NCBI GenBank assembly: GCA_965217035.1
Contig: OZ244226.1
Coordinates: forward strand, 2,834,146-2,898,145
Reading direction: 5' to 3'
Origin: Bacteriovoracaceae bacterium
GTDB taxonomy: Bacteria; Bdellovibrionota; Bacteriovoracia; Bacteriovoracales; Bacteriovoracaceae
DNA length: 64,000 bases
This document shows, piece by piece, positions 1 through 11,000 of the stretch. The translations under genes were made by a program, and so were the position numbers. Under the pieces are notes generated by a model. The model was given only the letters and a program-made list of their open reading frames with translations, was not told the origin of the DNA and did no database searches. How positions within the stretch are numbered: the stretch's first letter is position 1; every line of letters starts with the position of its first letter.

Positions 1-111
1 TCTAAGCTCGATGGGCAAAAGCTTAAGAGAGCGGAAAAATTCATCCAGAAAATCCCTCGATCCTACCTGGATCCAGAGGTTCATGCTTTTCTATTAAGGA
101 AAATTAAGTAG
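1..111 (+). CDS. 3' end of a gene entering the window (unknown product)
   Basis: Frame +1 is open from base 1 (SKLDGQKLKRAEKF...RKIK) to TAG at 109-111. Confidence 0.5.
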   Translation, partial: SKLDGQKLKRAEKFIQKIPRSYLDPEVHAFLLRKIK

Positions 112-171
112 TATAGTACTAACCCCGGAATAACCTGGGGCGGCACAGTACGAGTGCGTCTAGGAGTTAGC

Positions 172-1125
172 ATGAATCGTAACCTTGCCCTTGAATTTGT
201 AAGAGTGACTGAGATGGCAGCTATTGCTTCAGCCCGATTAATGGGAAGAGGGGATGAGAAAGCTGCAGATCAAGCTGCTGTTGATGCGATGAGATCGATG
301 CTCGATTCGGTTGAATGTTCTGCAACTGTTGTGATTGGAGAAGGGGAAAGAGACGAAGCTCCTATGTTGTATATTGGAGAAAAAGTTGGATCTGGTTCTG
401 GACCTGATCTTGAAATTGCGCTTGATCCGTTAGAAGGAACAACTATTTGTGCTCGAGGAAGTCAAAATGCTATTTCTGTTATGGCGATTGCTCAAAAAGG
501 AAATTTATTAAATGCTCCCGATACTTATATGAATAAGATTGCTGTTGGCCCTGAAGCGAGAGGTGCAGTTGATATTAATTTAACTCCAACTGAAAACCTT
601 AAAAGAATTGCTAATGCTAAAAATTGTCGGATCCAAGATCTGACGGCCATTGTTTTGGATCGACCTCGTCATGAGAATCTTGTTCAAGAAATTCGAGATG
701 CCGGCGCGCGAATTTATATGATTGGTGATGGTGATGTTTCTGCTGCCATTGCAACGGCAAACCCTGACTCAGGAATTGATGTCCTCTTTGGTATCGGAGG
801 TGCTCCGGAAGGAGTGATTGCAGCTGCAGCTCTTCGTTGTGTCGGTGGAGATTTTCAAGGGGTGTTGAAACCACGAAACAATGAAGAAATTGAGAGGGCC
901 GAAAAAATGGGAATCTCAGATATTAATAAAGTTTTCAGTATCGAAGAACTTGCCAATGGTAATGTGATGTTCTGTGCGACAGGTGTTACAGATGGATCCT
1001 TTCTTGATGGAGTTCGTTTTAAATCCTGGGGAGCGACGACACATTCTATTGTAATGAGAAGTGAGTCAGGAACGATCCGTCATATTCGTGCTGAACACCA
1101 TTTCGATAGAAAGCCGAGGTACTAA
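172..1125 (+). CDS. glpX: Class II fructose-1,6-bisphosphatase
   Basis: Motifs VRVTE.AA, VIGEGERDEAPML, DPLEGT, DGDV, GGAPEGV, ATGVTDG; ATG at 172 follows AGGAG. Confidence 0.95.
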   Translation: MNRNLALEFVRVTEMAAIASARLMGRGDEKAADQAAVDAMRSMLDSVECSATVVIGEGERDEAPMLYIGEKVGSGSGPDLEIALDPLEGTTICARGSQNAISVMAIAQKGNLLNAPDTYMNKIAVGPEARGAVDINLTPTENLKRIANAKNCRIQDLTAIVLDRPRHENLVQEIRDAGARIYMIGDGDVSAAIATANPDSGIDVLFGIGGAPEGVIAAAALRCVGGDFQGVLKPRNNEEIERAEKMGISDINKVFSIEELANGNVMFCATGVTDGSFLDGVRFKSWGATTHSIVMRSESGTIRHIRAEHHFDRKPRY

Positions 1126-1551
1126 ATGCCAAGTGTTGATAGAACAGCTACTTTTAATGCATCCATTGAAAATATTTTTAGTGTTTTAAAAGACTTTCGT
1201 TCTTATCCTGAATTTGTAGAAGGAGTAGAAGCGATTGAGATTCTTGAAGAGAGTGCGACGAATGTTCGAGCTGAATATTCAGTCAATATGGTTAAAGAGT
1301 TTAAGTATATTTTAAATATTTCTCTCAATGAACCTAACTCTGTAAGTTGGGAATTGGAATCGGGTGATCTTTTTAAGAAAAACAACGGTCATTGGAATCT
1401 AAAAAAGATCTCTGACAATAAAACAGAAGTAACCTATGGTCTTGAAGTTGAGTTTAAAGGTTTTGCTCCAAAGATGATTGTCAATAAACTCGTAAAAACT
1501 AATTTACCTTCTATGATGAAGAGTTTTCAGGAAAGAGCGGAGGCGCTATGA
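1126..1551 (+). CDS. SRPBCC/START-fold cyclase-dehydrase family protein
   Basis: DF.SYPEF, N.G.W.L, TEVTY.L pattern; 141 aa. Confidence 0.8.
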   Translation: MPSVDRTATFNASIENIFSVLKDFRSYPEFVEGVEAIEILEESATNVRAEYSVNMVKEFKYILNISLNEPNSVSWELESGDLFKKNNGHWNLKKISDNKTEVTYGLEVEFKGFAPKMIVNKLVKTNLPSMMKSFQERAEAL

Positions 1552-1865
1552 GTGATGATAAAGAGAGGCCGAATATCTCTAATCTTTTGAAACGTGCCAT
1601 TGATACAGGACTGGGGGCAGCCTTTATGACAGAAGACATGATTCGTTCTGCACTTTCTGATATGCCTAATAAAGACTCTGTAAATAATATTATTAATTCT
1701 GCTAAAAATGCTCGTGATGAATTTGTAGGAACAGTTAAGAACGAAGTCAGTTCTTTTTTGAAGCATATTGATGTTCCAGGTGAAATCGATCGAATTCTTG
1801 CAGAGTATGATATTGATGTAAATGCTAAAATCTCTTTCAAGAAGAAAGAGAAAACTGATGAGTAA
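1548..1865 (+). CDS. Hypothetical protein, possibly phasin-like
   Basis: GLGAAFMTED N-terminal pattern; ATGA overlap with upstream gene. Confidence 0.55.
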   Translation: MSDDKERPNISNLLKRAIDTGLGAAFMTEDMIRSALSDMPNKDSVNNIINSAKNARDEFVGTVKNEVSSFLKHIDVPGEIDRILAEYDIDVNAKISFKKKEKTDE

Positions 1866-2490
1866 AATCGCTCAAAATTATAAGAAAATTAAAAAAGAAC
1901 TGGGGAAGACTGAACTTGTGGTCGTGACAAAAACTCGGTCTGTTGATGATATTCGAGAGCTTTATGCTTTAGGACAAAGGCACTTCGGTGAGAATCGAGT
2001 TCAAGAGCTCAAGCAGAAAGCGGAAGACCTTAAGGACTTAAAAGAAATTCGTTTTCATATGATTGGCCAACTCCAAAGAAATAAAATTAAAGCTCTCGTG
2101 AGTATTCCAAGCTTGTATGCAATTCATTCAGTCGGAAGTTTAAAGATTATTGAAGAACTCAATAAATACGATCATAGACTTAATATTTTTTTTCAAATAA
2201 ATACTTCAGGAGAAGAAGAGAAGGGCGGTTTTGAAACCCTCCAAGAAATCAGAGAGGCTGGCTATCTTATGGAAGCTCCTGTCTATGGACTGATGACAAT
2301 GGGAAAAATTCGAACAGAGAACTTCGAAGAAGATGCGAAGAAATGCTTTGAAAAATTACAAAACTTTAAAATGCATCTTGATCCAATCTTGAAACTCTCT
2401 ATGGGTATGAGTCAGGATTATAAAATTGCACTTAAAGTTGGGACCGATTACGCTCGAATCGGCTCCAAAATTTTTGAAACTATTAAGTAA
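1858..2490 (+). CDS. yggS: PLP homeostasis protein, YggS/PROSC family
   Basis: VTK, FGENRVQE, HMIG.LQ.NK, GLMTM, LSMGMSQDY, RIGS.IF; start placed at ATG 1858. Confidence 0.93.
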   Translation: MSKIAQNYKKIKKELGKTELVVVTKTRSVDDIRELYALGQRHFGENRVQELKQKAEDLKDLKEIRFHMIGQLQRNKIKALVSIPSLYAIHSVGSLKIIEELNKYDHRLNIFFQINTSGEEEKGGFETLQEIREAGYLMEAPVYGLMTMGKIRTENFEEDAKKCFEKLQNFKMHLDPILKLSMGMSQDYKIALKVGTDYARIGSKIFETIK

Positions 2491-2852
2491 AATAGATATT
2501 AACACCTGCTAACTTTGTTCCATTAGCTTTAAGTTTGTGATAGCAACGACGTCAGTTACTCCCATTGTCTGAATTAAACTAACACCTTGTTAATTCATCA
2601 TACAAGCAAACATTGAAACTTAGTTAGTATTGAGAGTGAGGCTCAATATATCAAATCGCTAAGTAAAAATATTTCAAAAATGGTAAGGTAAATGTCTTCA
2701 ATAGTTTGTAAAATTTTTTCTATCCCATTTCCTTTCTTACATCCCCCGACAGGATAGTTAGAAGTTGTAAATCGAAAAAGCTTGAGTGGAGCAGTCCGAC
2801 ATCCTATGCTGTATTCATTGAAATACGCCATTCAAGTCAAGAGGAGGACTTT

Positions 2853-4889
2853 ATGAGGAATTTGCTAGTCATAAGTTTAATCGTACTCACTACTAACGCT
2901 CTGGCCCTCTGTCCGTTGAAAAGTTACTCTTTAAATAATTTGGCATCCAAGGCCCGTTCTCTAGAAAAAAACTTTCAAAAACTCACGGCCTGTTATAAAG
3001 ATGCCAATATACAGGCCCCTGTCAGTGATATCATGTTGGCCATTCAAAAACTTTCTTACTCATTTTCTGGAAAAGAACCACCTATAGATGATGGAGATGG
3101 AGATGGTGATGGAAATGGAAATGGAAATGGTGGCTGGGAAACAATCCGTAGCGAAACCGATTTTACCGCTTACTATGGCGATCAGGAGAGAATCAATCTG
3201 GGAGAGCTTCAAGATGATGTTCAAAAGGCGATGGAAGCTTTCTTCCAACTTTCACAATTAGCAAAAGATCAAAAGCAAAACGCTGAATGTTCTACAGCTT
3301 CTAATAATAACAATATATGGATTGGACTGATAGAAGTGTTCAATGGATTTGCACCGATGGCCATGGCCTCTCTCTCAAAAGGGGCCCCCCAGCTAACACC
3401 TTATTTAATTGGAGCTCAAGCTGTTGGTTCTGTTGTTCAACAAGTCCTTAAGTCGATGCAAGAAAGAAAGGAAAGATACAGTATGACATCTGCTAGAAAG
3501 AGAAGTGCTTTTATCGATGCTTCTTGTCTCTACCATGACCTTGCTCTGAATACCTTCGTTCTTGATGAAACTCTGAATACAGATGGAAATTATTATGAGT
3601 CGATTTTAAATAAAGCAAAAAAAGAAAGAGATCAGAAACTCAAGAAAACTCATGATGAGTCGAAAATCTTGGCGGTTCTTTCTCAAGAGTTCAGAGATCT
3701 TTCCGAAGACCTTGGAGATTTCATTGATTTTGAGTATGCGGGTGATAAAACGAATCCTAGTGATGCTGTCGATGATATTATTAATGATGGAAGTGATGAT
3801 GGCGATTACAACGACGATGAAGAAGATAATGGGTGGGATGAGGATTGGTATGATGATAACGAAGGAGGGAGTGGTGATTACAGACAGACATATGTTTGTT
3901 CCGCTCTAAGAAAATACTTTAATGAAAGAAACTTCGGAATCTCAAGAGGTCAAAGATATAAAGTCTTCTTCACTTATATGAGAAAGTTCTTAAAGGACAA
4001 AAAACTAAGAAACTCTCTCGTTAGCTATGACATTAATTATGAAATATTTACGGACGCTCTGAATGAGCTGAGGTACGGAGATGGTGCCGACTGTCAAGTT
4101 ACTCATTTTGAGCGTCCTTTGGAATTTTTCCAAAAACAAGTAAAAAAATCGAAAGAAGTTCTTGAACTTTCTGATGAGCTGAGATCTCTTCCTGTAAGTG
4201 AGTTAAAAGCTTATTATAACAATTTGAAAGATGTATCAGATCTTTCTTATGAAGTTTTTTTAGTCCAGGAAAAGATTTCTTTCCTACAAAGAATCCAAGA
4301 AGAAAATATAGAGGTTGATCTTGGTGAAATCTACCTGCTTGAGCAGTCGATTAACTCTCAACTTGTTAAGAGTAAGAAATATTCTTATGCATGGTTGGAG
4401 TTTAATAGTAATAGAGGGGTTGAGTACCTTCATTCTTTTAGAAAAAAATATGACCTCTATAAAACAAAAATTAACTCGAGTCGTGATAAGACAAAGAATT
4501 GTCAATTGCTTTCAAAGCTTGGAAGAGATTATAGAGTTGCAGAAAATATGAGAAACAGAAATATTCTCTATTGTAATATCATGTACCCATTCGTTAATCC
4601 TGTTGATCACAAAGAGTTCACTTCTCTTTGTCAAAAACATGGTATTCAGGAGTACAAGTTTGAAGGAACTGCAGCACCGACTAAGAAAAGAAGAAGATGG
4701 AGACTTTTTCCAATCTTTCTCCGTCCTGTAAGCCCTACGTCGATTTATTTGGGAAGATCTCCTGCAAAATCAGCAGTTCTAACAAATCTTTACTCACGAT
4801 ACTCTAGCACTTACGAAACAGTAGAGAGTCTCATAGAGAGAAATCAATGTGGAAATCAGTTTGATAAAACCAAATTGGAATTGGAATAA
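2853..4889 (+). CDS. Exported hypothetical protein with DG/NG repeats and an acidic tract
   Basis: 678-aa ORF, strong RBS GAGGAGG, signal peptide ending ALA, low-complexity D/E-rich segments. Confidence 0.8.
   Translation: MRNLLVISLIVLTTNALALCPLKSYSLNNLASKARSLEKNFQKLTACYKDANIQAPVSDIMLAIQKLSYSFSGKEPPIDDGDGDGDGNGNGNGGWETIRSETDFTAYYGDQERINLGELQDDVQKAMEAFFQLSQLAKDQKQNAECSTASNNNNIWIGLIEVFNGFAPMAMASLSKGAPQLTPYLIGAQAVGSVVQQVLKSMQERKERYSMTSARKRSAFIDASCLYHDLALNTFVLDETLNTDGNYYESILNKAKKERDQKLKKTHDESKILAVLSQEFRDLSEDLGDFIDFEYAGDKTNPSDAVDDIINDGSDDGDYNDDEEDNGWDEDWYDDNEGGSGDYRQTYVCSALRKYFNERNFGISRGQRYKVFFTYMRKFLKDKKLRNSLVSYDINYEIFTDALNELRYGDGADCQVTHFERPLEFFQKQVKKSKEVLELSDELRSLPVSELKAYYNNLKDVSDLSYEVFLVQEKISFLQRIQEENIEVDLGEIYLLEQSINSQLVKSKKYSYAWLEFNSNRGVEYLHSFRKKYDLYKTKINSSRDKTKNCQLLSKLGRDYRVAENMRNRNILYCNIMYPFVNPVDHKEFTSLCQKHGIQEYKFEGTAAPTKKRRRWRLFPIFLRPVSPTSIYLGRSPAKSAVLTNLYSRYSSTYETVESLIERNQCGNQFDKTKLELE
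3088..3133 (+). repeat. Imperfect hexanucleotide tandem repeat (GATGGA/AATGGA) encoding DGDGDGDGNGNGNGG
   Basis: gatggagatggagatggtgatggaaatggaaatggaaatggtgg. Confidence 0.8.
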
Positions 4890-5535
4890 AGTTGTTGTCT
4901 TAACGGGGGCTGGAATATCTCAAGAATCCGGCCTTCAAACTTTCCGAGGAGCTGATGGTCTTTGGGAAGGCCATCGGGTTGAAGAAGTTGCAACTCCTGA
5001 AGCTTTTCAATCGAATCCTGAGCTTGTTCAAAAATTTTATAATCTTCGGAGAAAACAACTTTTCGAAGTTGAACCGAACCCTGCTCATATGGCCCTTGCC
5101 GAATTTGAAAAAAAGTTTGAAGGGAGTTTCACCCTAATCACTCAAAATGTTGATGATCTTCATGAAAGGGCTGGATCTCAGAATATTCTTCACATGCATG
5201 GAGAGTTGAGAAAAGTGAGGCATCTCGATACTGGGGAAGCGAGTTATTTCGAAGGTCAGCTTGATGTTTCGGAAAGACTTCGGCCGGATATTGTCTGGTT
5301 TGGAGAAATGCCACTTTATATGGATCAAATCCAAGATGTTCTGACAGATTGTGATCTCTTTGTAGCGATTGGAACTTCAGGCTTAGTTTATCCTGCATCT
5401 GGTTTAGTCGGTTGGACTCCAGAATCATGCCACAAAGTGGAAATTAATCTCGAAAATACGTCGGTTAGCCCTTCTTTTGATGAAAAAATCCATGGGCCTG
5501 CTGGCCAAAAGGTTCCCGAGTTTTTCTCCTTATGA
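4849..5535 (+). CDS. cobB: NAD-dependent protein deacylase (sirtuin)
   Basis: GAGIS.ESG..TFRG, FYN.RR, TQNVDDLHERAG, HMHGEL, RPDIVWFGE, GTSG.VYPA. Confidence 0.92.
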   Translation: MEISLIKPNWNWNKVVVLTGAGISQESGLQTFRGADGLWEGHRVEEVATPEAFQSNPELVQKFYNLRRKQLFEVEPNPAHMALAEFEKKFEGSFTLITQNVDDLHERAGSQNILHMHGELRKVRHLDTGEASYFEGQLDVSERLRPDIVWFGEMPLYMDQIQDVLTDCDLFVAIGTSGLVYPASGLVGWTPESCHKVEINLENTSVSPSFDEKIHGPAGQKVPEFFSL

Positions 5536-5547
5536 TATGTTTTGGTC

Positions 5548-6768
5548 ATGCAGACCGACCTCTTTTCAGCTAGTGAAAGTGAATACCCACTCGCCTATAA
5601 AATCCGCCCGAAAAATTGGGACGAATTTATTGGACAAAAAGAAGTTAAGCAAAAAATTTCTAATTTAAAAGAATCTAATTTAAAGCATTTTATCTTTTGG
5701 GGGCCTCCTGGAACAGGAAAGACAACCTTAGCACATCTTATTTCAGAACAAATAGGTATTAAAGTTCACCCTTTTAATGCCGTGCTTGGTGGTGTTCCTG
5801 AACTAAGAAAGATTATCAAAGGAATTCTTGAGCTTAAAAAATTTCATCAGGAAAAAGCAATTATCTTTATTGATGAAATTCACCGTTTTAATAAGGCTCA
5901 ACAAGATGCTCTTCTTCCATATTTAGAGAGAGAAGATTTTATTCTTCTAGGAGCAACCACTGAATACCCTCAAACCAGTTTAAACCGAGCGATTCTTTCT
6001 AGGGTGAATACCCTTGAACTTAAGAAGCTTTCTTCAGAGGATATCTATACGATTCTCGAGAGAGCACTTGACCTTGAAGAGGATTTGATTGATGAAGCCT
6101 GTTTGAAGTATCTTTGTGATTACGCCAATGGAGACGCTCGATATGCGCTCAATATTCTTGAGCAGATGTTGGAGCAGGAAAACCGCTCACTTGAACAATT
6201 AAAGGAGCTTTTAGGGCGACAAGCACGACAATATGATAAAAATTCTGATCGTCATTATGATGTTATTTCTGCTTTTATTAAGAGTGTGAGAGGTTCTGAT
6301 CCTGATGCAGCTATTCTCTGGCTCGCAGTGATGATAGATGGGGGAGAGGATATTGAGTTTATTGCAAGAAGATTGATTATTCTTGCAAGTGAAGATGTTG
6401 GAAATGCTGACCCTCGGGCCCTTCAAATTGCAACCAGTGCTCATTATGCGATTAAGAATATCGGAATGCCTGAGGCGAGAATTATCCTTGCTCAAGCAAC
6501 AACATACTTAGCGAGAGCTCCTAAAAGTAATTCAAGTTATCGGGCCATTGATAAAGCATTGGATTTTGTTCGAAACAATCCAACGATTGAAGTTCCGACT
6601 CATCTTAGGAACCATCATCCAGATAAGAAAAATTATAAATACCCGCATGCTTATCCCAATCATTTTACAAAGCAAGTGTACGGGCCAACTGGCGAGTCCT
6701 TTTTTGAGTCTTCGAGATTAGGTTATGAGAAGTTTCAAGATGATTATCTTGATCGTATTACGGATTAA
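5548..6768 (+). CDS. rarA: Replication-associated recombination AAA+ ATPase RarA/MgsA
   Basis: GPPGTGKTT, IDEIHRFNKAQQD, SAFIKSVRGSDPDAA, SEDVGNADP, Y.YPH. Confidence 0.95.
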   Translation: MQTDLFSASESEYPLAYKIRPKNWDEFIGQKEVKQKISNLKESNLKHFIFWGPPGTGKTTLAHLISEQIGIKVHPFNAVLGGVPELRKIIKGILELKKFHQEKAIIFIDEIHRFNKAQQDALLPYLEREDFILLGATTEYPQTSLNRAILSRVNTLELKKLSSEDIYTILERALDLEEDLIDEACLKYLCDYANGDARYALNILEQMLEQENRSLEQLKELLGRQARQYDKNSDRHYDVISAFIKSVRGSDPDAAILWLAVMIDGGEDIEFIARRLIILASEDVGNADPRALQIATSAHYAIKNIGMPEARIILAQATTYLARAPKSNSSYRAIDKALDFVRNNPTIEVPTHLRNHHPDKKNYKYPHAYPNHFTKQVYGPTGESFFESSRLGYEKFQDDYLDRITD

Positions 6769-6841
6769 TAAAAGCCTAAAATGAGATCGATTGCTTGATC
6801 TCCTTCAGGATCTTCTGCAATAACAATTTTTTGGAACGACA

Positions 6842-7792
6842 CTAAAGCCCAATGGCCTTCAATCTTTGCATTAAAAATTCATGAGAGTTAACAGGCTGAT
6901 ATTTAGCACCATCGCCAGCACATGAAGGAATGCATTCAAGTATTGCTTCAGGATGAGGATGAACAAAGAATGGCATACTAAATCTTTCCGATGAGCTATC
7001 CTCTGGGTTGATTACTCGATGAGTTGTTGCAGGGATAATATCGTTCGTGATTCTTGAAAGCATGTCTCCGGAATCAACAACAAGTTGCCCTTCTTTTGTT
7101 TGTACATCAAGCCATTGGCCATCTCTATCTAAGAGTTGCAAGCCTGAAGCTGTTGCCCCCATAAGAATTGTGATGAGATTTATATCTTCATGAGCAGCCG
7201 CTCTGACAGCACCGGCCGGGATGTCTTTTGCTACTGGAGGATAGTAGATAGGTCTTAGAATTGAATTTCCCTCATAAATCATTTCTCTGAAATAAGATCG
7301 AGGAAGATCAAGCGCGATTCCTAAAGCATCAAGCAAGAAGTTCGAAGCATCATCAAGAGAATTATAAAGATCTGAAAGAGCTTTTGTAAAACCTGGCACT
7401 TCTTTTTCAGGCCAAACATTATTAAGGTAAAAATTTTTATATTTATGACCTTCTTCGACTTCTCTTCCGACGTGCCAGAATTCTTTAAGGTCAGGAACAT
7501 CTGTGTTTTTTGCATGTTCAACACCAAATGCGGTATAGCCTCTTTGGCCAGCGCCATCAGCATAATTAAATTTTTGTTTGGTTTCAGTAGGAAGTTTAAA
7601 GAAGTCATTGATTAGCTTGTAAGATTCTTTAATCGTTGTTGTATTAACATTATGATTAGTAAGAATAATAAACCCATATTCTTTGATTCCTGAAAAGAGT
7701 TTGTCGACGAACTGAGCTCTTTCTGTCTCGTTTCCTTGAGTGAAACTTAATAAACTTAATTCAGGTACTTTTCTTTCCACACTGGGCTCCAA
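6842..7792 (-). CDS. Isopenicillin-N-synthase-like 2OG-Fe(II) dioxygenase
   Basis: HED...H...R.S iron and 2OG ligands; GQRGY, DLKEFWH. Confidence 0.9.
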   Translation of the reverse strand: MEPSVERKVPELSLLSFTQGNETERAQFVDKLFSGIKEYGFIILTNHNVNTTTIKESYKLINDFFKLPTETKQKFNYADGAGQRGYTAFGVEHAKNTDVPDLKEFWHVGREVEEGHKYKNFYLNNVWPEKEVPGFTKALSDLYNSLDDASNFLLDALGIALDLPRSYFREMIYEGNSILRPIYYPPVAKDIPAGAVRAAAHEDINLITILMGATASGLQLLDRDGQWLDVQTKEGQLVVDSGDMLSRITNDIIPATTHRVINPEDSSSERFSMPFFVHPHPEAILECIPSCAGDGAKYQPVNSHEFLMQRLKAIGL

Positions 7793-8015
7793 ATTTTTGA
7801 TTACAGCGAGTTAGGTAACAAACTTTTGGCGGGATCACCACTGCCTTTATATAAGTAGGGAAAAAAGTAAGACGCAGCGCGTGATCGCTTTGGCTTTGTT
7901 TTTGCTTTATTGAAAGGCGAGAAGAATTTCAAGGATCGAAATCATAAAAAAGGGTCAATCTGCTCCCTACACGAAATGGTATATGCCATCTTGTGGGGTC
8001 AAGTTGGCATAAGGA

Positions 8016-11000
8016 GTGAGTGTGAGATTTCTTAGCTTTTTAGTTTTTATCATTAGTTTTTCTAGTTTTGGACAGCAAGCATGGCAAGATCGTTATAAAG
8101 GAGATCCTCGTTTTAAATTGTCAGAAGATCCCAGGTTGCGTTCTCAGATTCAAGTTGTTCGAGGAATTGAAAGAGATCAGAGAATTAATAAAGAAAAGCT
8201 CAAAGCGAATCGGAAAAGGAAACGAGAATTAGAGAGTTTTTTATCCAATCTTCAACCCACCATCACCGCAAACAAAGCAAAGATTAGCGAAAATAATAAA
8301 AAAATAAAAGAAATTGAACTTCAACTTCCTGGTCTTAAAGATGAGAGAGATCAAAAGGTTCAAAAAGTCGTAATCAAAAAAGAAGAACTTAAGACGGCGA
8401 AACAGGCGCTCGCTGACATTATTGCGAAACTTCAAGAGCTTGAGAAAAAGTATGAGGAATTAAAAAAGAAATGTGAAACTGAAAAGTCGAAGAGTTGTGT
8501 GGAAAAACTTGCAAAACTTGAACAAAAAATAAAAGTTAATAAAGAAAAGAAAAAGAATGCAAAAAAAACTGTCGATCTTAAAAAAAATCAGTTAGAGAAA
8601 GCAGAAGTCGCTGCGACTAAGGCCAGTGAGAAATATAATAAGAATGTCGCTAAGATTCCAAAACTCAAACAAAAAAATACTAAATTAAAAGAGGAGAACA
8701 AGAAACTTTTAAGTCAAAAGTCTCAAAAGGAAAATAAGCTAAGAGCAGTCACCTCAAAAATCCGTTCTCTTGAAACGGAGAAAGGACAGCTTCAAAATCA
8801 GTTAGCTCGAGCAGAAAAGCACCGGAAACAGATTAGAAGAGAGCTTATTAATTATATTCTTAGAAGTAATCAAGAAGGAGTGAGATCGGCCTCTCGTCAC
8901 GGGAGTCTCGATGGGAGTCATTTAGCGGAAAAAAGAGGGAATCGTTATGGACTTGAGCACGGGAGAGCAGATGGCCTAAATATTGGAATTCAAGAAGGTC
9001 GTGCCCGAGAATATACTGCAGGAGAAGTAAAAGGAAATTCAGATGGCGAGCAAAAAGGAAAATTAGATGGCCGTAATCAAGGTGAAATCGATGGAGCTAT
9101 TGCTGGAAATAAAAAAGCGGCTACCTACGAAGCTGAAGAAAAAGCATTTGCTGATGCTTCTAGTTCAGATGCTGCTCAAGAGGGAAAAAGAGAAGGAGCA
9201 ATCGCTGGAAAACAAAGAGCGATTAGTTCTGGCCAATCTCGTGGAGGAGAAAAAGGAAGAAACCAGTCAATTAAACTCAATGAAACGAGTTATCTGAAAA
9301 AACAAACAATAAAAGGTCCTTATGCAGGAGCTTTTTCTTCAGAGATACCTTTATTCCCAAGTTCTTTCAGAGGACAAAGATATAAACCGAATTCTCATAA
9401 CATTAGTAATGACTTAGCTGCCCGTGCCTTTGTGGATGGTTATAATTATGAATACCAAGCAGCGGCTCAAGAAGCTTATCTTGATATTATCGAGGAAGTT
9501 TACCTTGATCGTTACAATAGAGAGTTTGTAAGGGCAAAAAATGAGGCGCTTTCTCAGTATTATCAAACTGATTATGACCAAGGTTATTCAACAAAGTACA
9601 CGCCTGCTTATAACAGAAAATACAAAGAGCATTATGCGATCCATTTTGAACAAAAAAAGAAAGAATTTACTCGAAGTCCGAACAGAAGTTCTTCAGAGTA
9701 TAAATCAACTTATCAAAGAGTTTATGATGAGTCTTATAATGCTGACTACAGTAATATAAAGAAAATGGCTTATGATCGTTATGAGCAAAGGACATTTGAT
9801 GCCAATATTAAAGCTCAAACTGAGAAGTATCGAGTTATTAGTTTCAATAAAACTCAAAATATTTATAAAACAAAACCAGTTTTAAAATTTGAGAAGATTG
9901 AATACCAAGATGGAGGAGTTAGAGGCGTTGCTGCTAATGATGAAATTTATCAACCTTCAGAAAAAATTATTGGTACAATTGTTTTAAAGAACTTTGGGAA
10001 AGCTCCTGCAAGAAATTTGAAAATCAAACTATTAAGTGGAAAAACAGAGAGAGTTATGGTTCCTCCACGAACAGAGGTGACTCTGCAGTCTGTCGTGGCA
10101 GCGACTGTTCCGAGTTCGCAAGGAATAGGATCAAGTCTAAAGGTAAAGGGTTCAATTACTCTTGATGGAGTGACTGGAGTGGCAGCACGCCATTTTAAAG
10201 GGAGCTCTTCTCATTCACTTAAAGATATTAACTCATTACTTGAAGTTGATTATCCGGTTGGTATTTCAGCTCCAGAGTTTCTTTCTCAAGTTGAAATTGA
10301 TCAGCCAAATAAGCTTGTTTCTCAACTGGTTCAGAAAGGAAGTCGAGGTTATCAAGGACAATTAGAAATAGAACTCATTTCTAGAGGAGCATCAAGTGCC
10401 GAGGTAAGGCCTTTCATGAGTTTAAGTTCTTTGAAAGGAACTCAGTCTATTCAAGGGGCGAGCGTTCAGGTGAGTCTTGAAGATTCATTAAAAGAAGTTG
10501 ATGTTTACGCAGTTCTTAAGAAAAATGGTGTTACTCTTGGGCAGTCGAAAATTAAATCAGCGATAATCCATGCACCTTATAAAGATAAAGGAGTTTTACC
10601 TGTTATTGCGGTACAACCATCCAAAGACAGAAATGAAGCGCTTGATTTAATTGCTGCGATAGGTGGAATTGATAAAATCAGTTTACTTGATCTTGAATCA
10701 GTTAAAAATACAAAGATTCTTAAGCAAACGATTGATGAGAAAGATATAATAACTCTTTCAGTATATACTGAATTGAGTGCCATTATAGAAAAATCAAAAA
10801 AACTGGGAGTGATTCTGATTAGTGATTCGACAGGAATTAAGGAGATGAAAGAGCTTACTGCTTTGAAAGAAAAATCATTGGCCTTGAGAGTAAGAGACAA
10901 ACAAGTTCTCGTTTCTGAAAAAGTAGACACTGTGATTCAAAAAGTAGATATGAGTGAACTGAATAAAGCTTTAGCTTTTTCTAAAATTTTAAAAAAATCA

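Noticed and set aside
4849..5535. Sir2 protein as an anti-phage NADase
   Set aside because: Motifs and size match the ordinary CobB deacylase, in a housekeeping context next to rarA.
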